Source: Chrysomallon squamiferum (taxonomy: Eukaryota; Animalia; Mollusca). Taken from it: a stretch of 64,000 nt of DNA. The translations under genes and the position numbers were made by a program. This document shows positions 1 through 13,902 of the stretch, one piece after another. Numbering within the stretch: the stretch's first letter is position 1; every line of letters starts with the position of its first letter. The stretch spans positions 1,922,001-1,986,000 of the forward strand of contig CM022672.1 of assembly GCA_012295275.1 (NCBI GenBank), written 5' to 3'. Under the pieces are notes generated by a model. That model had not been told where the DNA came from. It ran no database searches and was given only the letters and a program-made list of their open reading frames with translations.

Positions 1-174
1 TGTCTGTGTGTGCATGTACTGATTTGGATGTGTGTGTCTGTGTGTTTGTGTGTGTGTTGGGTGAGCATTGTTGTTCTGGTTTAAATGAATACATTTTTTT
101 TTTATATAAAGCTGTTAAGGTATCGCAGTTATAATATAGTATTCTTGATGTCTGTTTTTCATTAAACCATTGCA

Positions 175-222
<48 letters not shown>

Positions 223-896
223 CACACACACACAAGAATCATGTAGTCCAGTTCTTGGGTGGTTACGTATTCAGGTTAACAAGCACACAGGTAAGTGAAT
301 ACTAATTGCATTATTTACTTAGTGTACCTTCTGCAAATTCCACAACAGAACAATTATATACCAGCTAGTAGTCTCCACATTCATTGCCAGACTTTCATGC
401 CAGCTATGCATTTCGTATATTTGTTATTTGGTCCCAAACCAAATGTGTGACATCATATAAGTGTATATTTTATAATACACTGAGTGCATTGTTAAATAAA
501 AACGTATCTTTTGTCACTAAGTGGTGCTGTCTGGCACATCAAATAACTGCTGTTTTTAGAAAAGCAAATGCTGAAAAAAGCCAGTTTTAATCATCAGATT
601 GTGATTTACACAACATGAAAAATGTTTGGTAAGCCTCTCTAATATTACATGATTTACATGTAAATCCAAAATAGTTTACAGTTTTTATATTGTTCATTGT
701 ATTTTTTTTTTTTTTTTTTTTTTGGCAGTGGGAGTATCTGATTCATACACAAGTTAAATTTTATCTATTTATTTATTTATAATTAGAAGGCAAATTACTG
801 AAAATAAATTTAAATACATTCTCTTAGATAAACAGATTTTGATATTTAACTGATTTATGTATTTATAAATAACTGGAAATAACATAGTGAACCTCC

Positions 897-915
897 ACTT
901 ACCTGAAAGAAAGAT
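897..915 (-). other. Candidate recursive splice site (AG|GT ratchet point) or end of a very small exon
   Basis: Minus strand reads aaatctttctttCAG|GTAAGTgg, with the junction at 903/902. Confidence 0.4.
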
Positions 916-1014
916 TTAAACATTCTGAAATCTTATTGATTTATGATTTTTAGGTATATAATACAAAATTATTTATTTATAAGTTTACTTATTAATTTAT
1001 TTATTTATTTGTTT

Positions 1015-1045
<31 letters not shown>

Positions 1046-1129
1046 ACAGAGAGTGTATCTTTTCAAAGATGATAATATATAATTCTACAGAATATATAGA
1101 AATATCACTATTATTATTAGTTTTTAAAT

Positions 1130-1325
1130 GAAAGAAAGGAATTGTTTGTTTTAATTCACTCAGTGCATTTTATTTGTAGTTAAGTGGCATCAGACTCACA
1201 TTTAACAAATTCAGACAACAAAAGAAGGAACTCACTGCCAACACTTCATGTGTTAAATGTTTGCAGTTAGCAGCAAGAAATTTGTAATGTGTACTATCCC
1301 ACAGACAGGATAGTTATTACCTTAT
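1130..1325 (-). mobile_element. Decayed SINE, family A (resembles Meta/MESC-core mollusc SINEs)
   Basis: Core ttagcagcaag...atcccacagacaggatag; the ttagcagcaag core is shared with copies at 55375 and, inverted, 38772. Family name is from recalled consensus, not a search. Confidence 0.6.
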
Positions 1326-3495
1326 TCTTTGTTTGCTGAAAGTTTGCTGAAACAGCTTAATCAAAAGGAATCAGTCTGATCAGCTACAATCTCTACATTC
1401 AGATTAAATATTTATATGAGCAATAATAATTAAAAGTTTATTTATTAACAAAAATATGTTTAAATATGATTAATTTTAAAAGTATGTTTGTACAGAATAT
1501 TAAATTTAATCCTGTATCTCTGAAGATTTAATAATCCTTTAAAAAAAAAAGGTTTAAAAATATGTTCATTAAAAATTTTAAAACCATATAAAGTTCCATC
1601 TTTAACATTTCTTTGTAATTAAACTTTAAATAAATAAATAAATAAACAAATACATTTTTAAAATTTAAAAATTAAAAGAACAAAGAACCAATCTTCCTTG
1701 TATCTTTTATCATCAGAAGAAATTTAAAAAAAAAAATTGAAGAAAAAAACATTATATGGTATACTTAAAGAAACATAATAAGATTTACTATAATTATACT
1801 GCTATCCTTGAAATCTAAATACAGTATCTTTCAAGATATCATGAAGTAATATAAACAAAAAAAATAATATCTTTTTCTTGTAACATCAGAGAACATTTGA
1901 AAACAGCCTTGAAGTATCATGTTTAAAACTTAATCAATAATTCTTAAATTGAAATTTATTTTGTACTGAATAACAAATGTGAAAGTTAACTCAGTCTTAT
2001 AAGATTTTTTTAACTGTTATAGGTTTCATCATTTATGTCAACTCAAATGTTTCCATTAAACCCAGTCTGTTTTGAATTTTTACCTTAGCAAATTTACTGA
2101 TGAAAAATAGTCTACATTTCTGTAAAATAAATATAATCTCTGTAATGAAATCAAAAATTGTTATCATTAATATATCATGTGTTATAGTTAAACTTAATAA
2201 TTTATTTGTATCAAAGAATGAGTATCTGAAACAGAAGCAAGATATTTCATATTAACTTTCTCTCATAAGCTTCTTTCAACAGTCTGGAAATTACATATCT
2301 TTTGAAAGACTTTGGCTGGAACAGGAAATAATCAAACACTATGCTAAGTAGAAATTTATTATAAATAATTTGACTGTAGACATTTTGAACAGGTGTTATT
2401 AGAAGGTCAGTACACAAACAGTGAAATACAATTTGTAAAATATTAAAATGATATTATCCAATATGCAAATGCTTTAAAAGCACATACACACACACACACA
2501 CACACTACAAAATAAAATATACACACACACACAGTATGTACACACATACAAATGTAACTACATCAACACATTCATGCCAATGTTAAATATTTCTGTTTTA
2601 CAACAACATAGCTTTTTTTGTTTTGTCAGTATCAAAATTTATTATTATTATTATTATTATTTGTTTTAAACATTATTTTAATTAATACAGTTTGGACTAA
2701 AGTAACATGACAGTAATAATGAGAAGAAGAAAAAATAAAAATAATAATAAAGGTGAAGGGAAATAACTCTGTACTGTTATTTTGTAAATCTTCTAAAGTG
2801 ATGATTAAAAAAAACAAGAGTGAGAATCACAAAACTGCAAAACAGACTGATCACCAGAAACTGACACAACTAAAGGTATTAGGAATATCTTCAATGTGAA
2901 TACAGTTACAGTTGATGGAATTTTAAAATAATTTTACAGACATTTTTCTAGTAACTTTCTAATGCTCTGAAAAATACCAATCTGTTCTATTTAATAAAAT
3001 AGTTCTTAAATTTAAGTGCACTGTTTTTAAACAAAATACTGATATGACCACTTAGTAAGAAATCATGAAATATTCATTTTGAGATTTCCCCTTTTTATTC
3101 CCTTTTTTCCCCTCCCCCATCTTAAAATGTACTTAATTCAAAAATATTTTGTGATAACAATGTAACTCTTCTTACTCTACTCATGTTGGAAAGTTGAGCA
3201 TCAAACTCTGGTATCAAACTTGGTATTTAAAATGAACAGTATTTTTTTCACTTCTGTGAATCTCTGTTAGTGTTTTGATACCAAAACTTGATAGGCTAAA
3301 CTGCTCAGCTCTGTTGGTCATTTTCTGAAAATGAGGTGGTTGATTGTGTAATCACTCAAATTTGCTTATCTCTAGTAGTAAATAAGATAATTATAATCTT
3401 GTTATTTTTTTTATTATTTTTTTTTACTTTACCTAAATAAAATTATTTTTGTCAAATGTGTCCAATATGCATGATTTTCCTCTGCACCATCATGT

Positions 3496-3669
3496 ATGTG
3501 TGTGTGGTATATGTATGTATGTATGTGTGTGTGTGTTTATGTGTGTATGTATGTGTTTGTGTGTGTGTGTTTGTGTGTTTGTGTGTGTATGTATGTGTGT
3601 ATGTGTTTGTGTGTGTATATGTATGTGTATATGTATATGTATGTTTGTGTGTGTGCCTCTGTGTGTGTT

Positions 3670-3730
<61 letters not shown>

Positions 3731-3771
3731 ATATGTATGTTTGTGTGTGTGTGCCTCTGTGTGTGTTTGTA

Positions 3772-3802
<31 letters not shown>

Positions 3803-3891
3803 ATGTGTATGTATGTGTGTGTATGTGTATGAGTGTTTGTGTGTGTGTATGTATGTATGTGTGTATGTATGTGTATGTGTGTATGTGTTTG

Positions 3892-3967
<76 letters not shown>
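3496..3967. repeat. Compound (GT)n/(GTAT)n microsatellite
   Basis: Seen directly. Confidence 0.95.
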
Positions 3968-3969
<2 letters not shown>

Positions 3970-4140
3970 TAATAAATGATAATTTGTTCCTTATGCATAC
4001 ATACAGGAGGACATTTTTATATGAATACAAAATTAATACCATAGTCAAAACAAAACAAAACAAAAAAAATCTGAAAGACAATCGCAACAACACACACCAT
4101 TACAACATCCACAAACAACAACAACTACCTCCACACTCAC

Positions 4141-4222
4141 CTTTGTCATACAAATCCACATCATCGTTGACAATAACAGAGGATGCGTATTTTGACAGCA
4201 TCGCACTTGAATGCATGGACAT
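4141..4222 (-). CDS. Candidate alternative first coding exon (MSMHSSAMLSKYASSVIVNDDVDLYDK + 1 nt, phase 1)
   Basis: First ATG at 4222 inside the open frame 4100..4390; ends ...TAT GAC AAA G|GTGAGT. Cluster of retained CpGs at 4080-4330. Confidence 0.55.
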
Positions 4223-5016
4223 ACGGAGACAATGTGAAAACAAAACCACCTTGTCAGCTTGTGTTACGGTGAAAGATTTGTCAACTTTTTTAATAACACA
4301 AATCTCATTAAACAATCTAAGCGACTGTGATTGCTTTTTGTATATAAATACAAGATTATTTAATAGATTTTTTTTTTCTCTCTCTTCCACTGATGGCCTT
4401 TTGGAGTTATTATTATAAGCTTAAGATTTTTCTACCTCGGATGAATTCCTTATTATTTGATCAAAGTTAAATACAGAAATGGATTTTCTGTTTTATATAT
4501 ATTTTCTTTCAAAGTGCAAATTGAAAACAGTCTTTGACTGCTGTAGAGGTAAAATCTAGAGATTTTGTCATTAATGTATTTATAACATGTAAAATATAAC
4601 AATGATCGTTTAACCCAAAATGAGCAGTGTAATTCATTATCAGTTACAAAAAGTTGTATGGTTCTGTATGTTATATAGATTATGAAATCTTTGCTTTATC
4701 AATTATTTGACAAAGTATTAAATAGGGTTAAATAGTAATTAATATGTGTAATTTCTGAAGAGTGCATACAGGTGCAGATCTTAAAAGATTTAATGTAAAT
4801 TACTGTATATTTAATAAGGGTAGAATATTACCAGAATATAGTGTTCAGCTGTGTGCGTGTGTGTGTGTGTGTGTGTTTCTGTATTTATGTTTTACTGACA
4901 GATGCACTATAATATTAAAAAGGTAACTAAATTAAGAATTATATTACTTTTATAGGTATGATGTCCTCAACTTTTGAATTAAATATAAATTTCATATAAA
5001 CTGTAGTATACCTTAC

Positions 5017-5041
5017 CTAACTGAAATGTCATTTTTTCCAT
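5017..5041 (-). CDS. Candidate alternative first coding exon (MEKMTFQL + 1 nt, phase 1)
   Basis: ataATG GAA AAA ATG ACA TTT CAG TTA G|GTAAGG, with an in-frame TAG upstream. Confidence 0.35.
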
Positions 5042-6167
5042 TATTGGTTTCTTCTGCTATGGGCAGTCCAAAAGGTAATAAATTCCAATCTACGAAATTC
5101 CAGGAATTCTAAGTTTTCAAGCTATTAAAATTCTGATTTTTCAAGATCCAAGATTTGAAGATGCTCAGATTTCAGTCGTTTAGGTTTTAAAATGTTAGAA
5201 ATAAAAACTTTCTAGATTAAAGATTTCTAGATTATTTTATTTCATTAATCTTTTGTTTGAAGATTATAAAAGTCTGGTATTTCAAACTTTATATGATACT
5301 GAAAAAAAAAATCAAAGATAATAATATCCCAAAAATTCAATATTCAAATAATTCACTTTTCAGTTTCCAAGAATTCCTGAATTTAACAATTAAGGAAACA
5401 GATTCCAAAATCCACAATTCCAGGAAACAAAAAATCAAAGAATCTGATATTCCAACAACTGAAGACTTTTCAAGATTCCACAAAGTTCAAATTGTGATAT
5501 TCCAACAATTTAGAATTTTGAAATTTCTAAGACTTTAAAACTCTTACTGTTTTGAAGATAGTGAAATGCTATGAAAAAAAAACATGAACAATTTGTGGTT
5601 TTAAAGAAAGAAAAGGCTTCTTTTCTCAAAACTCTTGAATGTTTTGCAGATAGATTAAACCAGCTTATGTGAGGTGGAGATTTTGTTTGACTGAACACTA
5701 ACTGCTTGGAGATGTTAGAACAGTGACTGATAAATAATGCAGGGTTCACAGCCACACAAAGCTGACCCCTTTCAGAGACACATAATTGGAAAATGAATGG
5801 AAAATGTAGAAAATCACAGTGGAAACCATGATCAGTGAGAAAGCAGGAAATAAAAGTGTAATTTGGGTAAATCTGTGGTTATGCATTATTTAAGATGCAC
5901 AACTGAAATTAAAATTATAACCAGTTCTCAGCAGTGGTGTTTGTTTCACTGTTTGTTTTCGATGGAAAATAATGACAGAGATTTATGTGGTAAAGTTGTT
6001 ATTATTAATTTTTTAAATATATTGCAACAGATGATTGAAAGATTGATGTAGGGCAATGTTATTTTTTTAATTGTTATTGTATTAGGATGGATCAATGAAA
6101 GTTTGTTTATAAAATCTTTATATATGTTATGTATATTATATTCTTTTAAGTTAATATATAATACATA

Positions 6168-6279
6168 AACACACACACAGACACATACACACACACAAAC
6201 AGACACACACAGACACATACACACACAGACACATACACACACACAAACACACAAACACCCAAACACACACACATACACA

Positions 6280-6349
<70 letters not shown>

Positions 6350-6420
6350 AACACACACACACATAAACACACACACACACAAACACATAAACACACACAC
6401 ACATACATACACACACATAA

Positions 6421-6451
<31 letters not shown>

Positions 6452-6460
6452 CACACACAC
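6168..6460. repeat. Compound (CA)n microsatellite
   Basis: Seen directly. Confidence 0.95.
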
Positions 6461-7056
6461 AGAGACAGACAGAGACACACAAATACACACAAATACACCA
6501 CAGTATACACAACAATACTCAACCCTGACACATGGAGTCTCTGCTTTGCCATGTGGTGGTTAAACAGTTTATGATCAAAGTAACATTGTCAGGTATGTGG
6601 AATGTTTATCACACACACACACACACACATAAACACACACACACATAAACACACACACACATAAACACACACACACATAAACACACACACACACACACAC
6701 ACAGAGAGAGACAGACAGAGACACACAAATACACCACAGTATTCACAACAATACTAAACCCTGACACATGGAGTCTCTGCTTTGCCATGATTGGTGGTTA
6801 AACAGTTTATGATCAAAGTAACATTGTCAGGTATGTGGAATGTTTATCACACACACACACACACACATAAACACACACACACATAAACACACACACACAC
6901 ACACACACAGAGAGACAGACAGAGACACACAAATACACCACAGTATTCACAACAATACTAAACCCTGACACATGGAGTCTCTGCTTTGCCATGATTGGTG
7001 GTTAAACAGTTTATGATCAAAGTAACATTGTCAGGTATGTGGAATGTTTATCACAC
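6460..7056. repeat. Tandem triplication of a ~150-bp unique block separated by (CA)n-type tracts
   Basis: The block ...ccctgacacatggagtctctgctttgccatg...gtaacattgtcaggtatgtggaatgtttatcacaca occurs near 6460, 6702 and 6907, almost identical. Confidence 0.9.
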
Positions 7057-7099
7057 AACAGATCAAATTTTCTGGCACAACTCAGAGTATCACTGTGTG

Positions 7100-7500
7100 A
7101 AACATGAGACATGTTTTCTAGAGAAGATTAACAATATCTCTTATTGTCTTATACACTTTGTATACTCAGTCTTATACATGAGATCAAATATTTATTTATT
7201 TATTCTTATCCATGAGAGAAATGTTTTCTACAAGAAAATGCAAGTTTTATTTTATATTACACATGATATTAAAATTTTGTACATTAGACAGCAAATTTCT
7301 TGTGAGATTAAAAAAAATGGGTTTATTTAATCTTATACGTGAGATAACTATTTTCAACAAGAAAGTACAAATTTCTATTTATTTTATATTACACATGATA
7401 TTGAATATTGTTTATTTAGTCTTAAACTTGCGATTAAAATGTTCTATTTATTTAATCTTATATATGAGATTAAACATTCTGTTTATTTAATGTTATACTA
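7100..7500. repeat. Degenerate ~30-bp tandem repeat (tttatttaatcttatacatgagattaaa)
   Basis: The motif recurs through the interval. Confidence 0.65.
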
Positions 7501-9349
7501 AACATTTAGACTATCTTGATCTCCATCTGAATTGTTTCAACCATTTACCTTGGGATGTAAATGGATAACATGAATAACAGATTACAGACAACAGTATAAT
7601 TGAAATGATGAGATCTAGTGCCAAAATAAAAGTTAAAAAATAATAATAACTTATAAGCTGTATTAGTGTCAAGTTCATTATATCAGATAATTACACATAG
7701 ATTGATACAGATAGAGATAAACACACACACACACCACACACACACAACATAAAATATAATTTATTAAGAACTTATAAATCAAGTTTGTTTGATGAAGATT
7801 AATCATAAATTTCTTTAAATTTCTGATGGCATATTTATGACATAAATGTTGTAAAAGATATCAGAAAAAAAGAAACTTGTAACATTTTAAGAGTTCATTT
7901 TACTGAGTATTATTTTACAAAACTCAGCTGCAGATGTTTTATTTGACTACTTTCATGACATGGTGTAGAATCATTTCTCTTCAATGAAAACTACATCATG
8001 CACCTCATTAATTCCAAATTTTAATTAAAAAAAACATGGGAGATGTTACTTCATTAACCTAAAACTCACTGATTGTTGAAAACAAGCCAAATTCATCAAC
8101 AAAATTAATCGGAATACAAAACTTATCCATTTAGTTTAAAAGCTTCTTCAACTGAATGAAAAGAAACCTGCATTAGCTACAAGTAGTGTAGTTTTTCTTT
8201 TTTCCAGTGGTAATATTTACTTGTCGTAGAAGCATTAAAATTTGCTGAAACAACAGAAGTTTGTGGTCAAGGAAGCATAAGAATAATACTCTCTGTATTA
8301 TTAAATCAGAAATTAATATAATAGCTATAATGAAAATAAAATCTCACAAACTAAAAATCACTAAGAATTAACAAATAATGGTGTATGGCAATTACACCAT
8401 TAACATAACTATTACACTGACTTGAAAGAAATGTTGAACACAATACGAATACAATACAAGGTATATTAAACTAATCTTTAGTCAGAATAATAATAATACT
8501 ACTGATAACTGCTTGAAGCCACAAAAGTCAAGCCTATTAATCCATAAAGCTTAATCCAGTTACAATAGCAAATAATGAATTTGTGTTTGTTTAAAACTAC
8601 TCAACACCTGTTAAAGTTAGCTATTTAGATTTCAAGCATCTGTTGTTTTTTGGTAGAACTGGTGATACCAGAGAAAACATGTTCACATTCCTCACCACTG
8701 ATCCTGTTATCCATTAGGCACCAAGCTGGCACTCTAACCACTGTACCTCATGTCTATAACAGTGCATGCACACTGGTAACACCACAAACTAAACTAGTTA
8801 GTGGTCTAAAAAGGAAAGAGTCTAACATACATCTCTCTAGCTGTAGAGATACAGTTTCTTTCTTATATAAGATTAAACAGTACATATCTGTTTGTGAGTG
8901 TATGTGTATAATTAATTGTACATGGGTACCAACTGGAATGGAAACAAAGTTATGCGTAGTGAACTAAAAAGGATAGATCCTGTCATCTGTCATGTCCATA
9001 GATATAACACTAACTGCTAAAGCACAGATATTTCTAACTTAGATCATATATACCTTAAATAGCAATAATTTATTTCTTATTTCTCTAAATGAATATCATT
9101 TTAAAAATAGTCTTTTAAGATCTAAACCAGCAATTAAATACTAACTATATGTGTATATACGAATATATGCATATATGTTTGGAAATAACAAGTAATTTAT
9201 TGAAGTTTATAACTGTTCTATTACAAAAAACTAGATTTTTGTTTAGGGTCCCAAAAATATAAAAATTCATACAGTCATTACATTTGTCATTACATACAGT
9301 AATTGTACGAGTATGTATGTGATATATACATAATACATACAGGTGTGTG

Positions 9350-9390
<41 letters not shown>

Positions 9391-10044
9391 ACACACACAC
9401 ACACACACACACACTACAAAATAAAACATGATATACCATGTATCAAATATTTTCACTGGAATCTAACAGCCTCTGAATTATTGACTTTACATGTCACCAA
9501 AGTTTCAATCATTCATTTATTTATTCAACATAAATCTGATATTACGATCATTATTATTATTATTATTATTTTTTTTTTTTTTACAATGTAAAGAATAAAC
9601 AAACAAACAAACAATTTCAAAATTACAAAATTAAGACCACCTATTTAAGACCTTCATTACTACAACAAGATAAGATAAATCTGTGCTTTCAACTCAAATA
9701 CATAATTATGAGGCAGTTAATAAGCTTAAATGCTGTTTAACAATAATGGTCATCCTTAATTAGTTTGTGTATTACAGTAAACCGGATTGTCATTTTTCTC
9801 AGAACCACAGATCAATATCATGGTCAGTGATTTCAACACGAGGTCCTGTGTCTCTGATGATGGCAGGTGTGTTGTGTCCATTACAGGCATGCTTGAACAG
9901 TTTTCTTATAGAAGCATAAAGTATCAAGATACACCCACATGATGAACATCAGAATTGTAAAATACAAATAAAGTCATAATTTAGACACTGTTACTTTATT
10001 TTATTTATTTTCTATGTATGTACGTATGTATGTAGTTTAGGATT

Positions 10045-10245
10045 TTGAATATTCTCTGTCTTATGTACATCTGAATAAACTCTGCACATAGACAATATTC
10101 AGGAATGCACTGGCGCAGGAGGACAAAGTTCAATCACGACCTCACAAACCCGTCAGATGCCGCTGACAAGATTTGAACATATGGCACACATTTACCTGCA
10201 CTCTAAAGGCAGACGATGATATTATTTGGCCATCAAGACAACCTT
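10045..10245 (-). mobile_element. tRNA-derived SINE, family B, copy 1
   Basis: Minus strand has a B-box GTTCAAATC followed by ttgtcagcggca...aatattgtctatgtgcagagt...atgtacataa; homologous to 30236-30390. Confidence 0.65.
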
Positions 10246-10791
10246 ACATATATAATACATACATACATACAAACACACATACATACAAACATACACACAT
10301 ACTGAGATTTACTTTCAAACAAAATTGCACAATACAAAAAAAAAAAAAAAAAAATAACAAGAACCAAGACAACTAGATGAATATTTGATAACCCAGCTGC
10401 ACAGAGAAATTAGCTGCTTATTGAAATAAATGTGTATGTAACAACTGCACATAGCACAACCCTGTTTAATCAGAGAATCAACTCAGGTCTGGTAACAGGC
10501 AAGTCTTGAACTGCTCAAACTGCCTGCGATTCAATGGAAATGACAGATTTAATTAATTTAACCTATTTTTTACTGCAACTTTTGCTACAACGTTAATGAA
10601 ATTAAGTCTAATTTTTACACCACTGTGTACACAGATATAGATATCATGTAATCATTTATATACAGTGGTGCGTCTGTCTGTTGGTATGTTTATACTGCGT
10701 CTTTAAATACATGAATGTTGATGAGTGAGTGGAGGTAGGTGTGTTGTTCTTTTTTCTTCTTCTTTTTTTACATGACTGAGTATATACAGAC

Positions 10792-10822
<31 letters not shown>

Positions 10823-10889
10823 ACTGTTTATGCATAACAGTGTCTGTGAGTTGGTATGTTTATATGCTGTTTTTAAATATAAGAATATA

Positions 10890-11183
10890 GGTGTGTATGT
10901 GTGTGTGTAAAGAATATATGTATAATGTATATATATGTGTATATGTGTGTGTGTAAATATATGTATATATGTATATGTGTATATGTGTGTGTGTAAAGAA
11001 TATATGTATATATGTATATGTGTATATGTGTGTGTGTAAAGAATATATGTATATATGTATATGTGTATATGTGTGTGTGTAAATATATGTATATATGTAT
11101 ATGTGTATATATATATGTGTGTGTGTGTGTGTGTTTGTTTATGCATGCATATATGTGTGTGTGTGTGTGTGTGTGTGTTTGTG
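10890..11183. repeat. Compound (GT)/(AT) low-complexity repeat
   Basis: Seen directly. Confidence 0.9.
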
Positions 11184-12988
11184 TAAGAGTGTATTATTTA
11201 CATCTTTTTTATTTATATATTTGTATATATGCATGTGTTTATGTAAGATATTTCCGTCTTCATATTACTGTTTATATATACAAATCTGTAACATTCTAGT
11301 ATTACTATGAAGGCCTACATCTCTGAACAACATAGCATTTAACTGCAGACTTCATCAAATCACTTCATATAAAATGAGTTCTATTGAGACTAACATACAA
11401 GTATTGATATATGAAATAAGTCTGTGCATATTTCACTGTTTAAGCCAAAAACCTGCAGATGCACAATATTTCAGATATATATATATATACCAAAGCATAT
11501 AAATTGTGATGTCTTCTTTGGTATGGGAAATGATACAATTCTGTGATGTATTTCTTTTATATTTTTCAGCTCTGTTTTACAGCAGTGGGTTTCAGTGTTT
11601 CTAGATACTTGTAAAATGCAGTAAAACCACTTAAAACTGGATCCTCAGTGAATTAGGATTCTTTCAGAACCAACAAATTTCTGCAGTCTTGTGATTTATC
11701 AAATAGAAAACCGTAAAAGAAAAACCCTTTGTAAACCAAACACCTCCTCAAACCAAACCTTTTGCTTAGTCCAGACACTGTTTGGTTTTGAAAATGTTAT
11801 TGTGTTAAGACAAATAAGACTTCTTTCTAGATCATATTGCAGTTCAAAGATAAAACACTTCACTGAGAAGCAATGTATCGTTGAACAAATTCTCATCTGT
11901 ATGCTACATTCCCAGGACATTCTAAATCTTTATTATTAGCAAAGATTGATGTAACTGAACACATGAAACACTCTGTGTAAGTAAATGAAACATATTTAGA
12001 TGATCATACCATGACATTTCATTATTTCACTGTAGCGTATTCTTTGTACCTTTGAATGCATTGATCTTAATTCTCTTTTCCATTTTCTCTTTACCTTTGT
12101 TCACCTGCCTATAATTATGACTAGCAATACAGAGGAATGAACATGCAAAGTACTTTACACTAATTTGTTTCTCAAGAGCTGTTCCAAAAAGTGGCAGCAA
12201 TTAAGCAAAGATGTTGATTCTTGCCAACACTTAACAAGAATATGGTTCTTAAGCAGATAATGCAGCAGACAACTTTAAAATCTTTTGAAAAACCTAAGAA
12301 AAGAAAGGAGAGAAGAAAATGTTTCTCTGAAATTTCCTGCTGTTTTGATATGTATTTTGAGTGCACCTTTGCAAGGTACAGAAAATGGTTTAAATATATT
12401 TTGTGAATATTCAAGTTGTTAATTTAAAGAGAGTTCAGACACTGAAGTTTTTTTTTTTTATAATAATAAAGTTGTTAATCTGTAGGAATGTTTAACACTA
12501 ATCTTTTTTAACATTAAAGTTGTTACCTTTTTAGGAATTGAAAAAAACAAATTTTTTCTAATAAAAAATTGTTCATTTTTATTCATTTTAAAACAAGTCT
12601 CTTGTCATAACTAAGCTGTTAATTTTAAGGAATTTTTAAAACCAATTTTTCGTAACAATATAGTATTAAGCTACAGGAATTTTGGAGTTCAACATTTTCT
12701 AATAAAGAGGTAAGACAATAATATCTCTTGTTGTGAATCAAAATGATATATCTATTTTTGACTGCTTTTTTTTTCCTCTCTCTCTCTCACAAATACAATT
12801 ACAAATATACTTGCCAAATAACAAAACACTCCCTCATGCAAAACACAACAAATAAACAAACACTCACATACATTCCTAGTGATGCAATCAGACAGCAATA
12901 ATTCAAACCCACACATACAATTATCTGAGATCCACACACACACATACACAAACACACACACACACAAACACACACACAAACACACACA

Positions 12989-13029
<41 letters not shown>

Positions 13030-13813
13030 AAAAATATTTCACACTCTCTGTGAACTCACTTTAAAAGGTGTTAGGTTCACATTACTGCACATTACACCAG
13101 CAATGATACAAAAACATACTTTGAATTCCATTCCAACCAGAGCTCACTGATTGGTGTATTAAAAGCACAGACAGTATTAACTGCATTTATTTCCTATTTG
13201 AAAAAGCATCTCGAAAATCTCTTTGAAATAGTTACGTGTAATGTAGCTTACGTTACAGTAATAAAGATATCTTGGGTACATATTTTCTGATTTTATCATA
13301 ACCAGAAACAAAAACACAATGAGAAAGAGAGTGACAGAAAGAAACAAAGATGCTGAGAGATAAAGAAAGAGAAAAAAGTGAGAAATTGAAATCAACTATA
13401 TCTGTGTGTCTGCACACACAGTATAAAGTCCTTGTGCAACTCTACATTTTCATAATGTCTGATGTATGCACAAAAGAATTGATCTGATCTTTAAATAAGA
13501 TAAAAGTTAAGAATTTTTGGATGTTAAACAAAACAACTAATGTAATAATTCCAACATAAATTCACTTATATAAACTTGCACAACTGCACTGGTACAATAC
13601 AAAATGTAGTATCTGTGACAGACAACTTTGACATAACCACTACAATACCTACATAATTACAAACACCCGTGCCAAATGGCTTGCTTTCTGATCTACAGGG
13701 TGGTGATTACAGTTTGAGAGAGTAGCTCATTCGCCCTTTCTTTCTCATACACCATTTCTCTGTAAATTCAAATATAAAAACATTCATAATGTATACCTCA
13801 CTTTTTTGCTTTC

Positions 13814-13817
<4 letters not shown>

Positions 13818-13899
<82 letters not shown>
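13818..13899. repeat. (CT)n microsatellite
   Basis: Seen directly. Confidence 0.95.

Positions 13900-13902
<3 letters not shown>

Noticed and set aside
286-296. Plus-strand donor CAG|GTAAGT
   Set aside because: Isolated, with no supporting exon or frame; the other signals favour the minus strand.
3449-4418. CV/HT-rich ORFs here and at 5946-6552, 10703-11310, 29427-29831, 39183-39597, 45314-45603 and 57399-57797
   Set aside because: Translations of dinucleotide and tetranucleotide microsatellites.
10190-10245. Possible exon ending CAG|GTAAAT
   Set aside because: Lies inside the tRNA-like head of SINE family B and has a weak acceptor.
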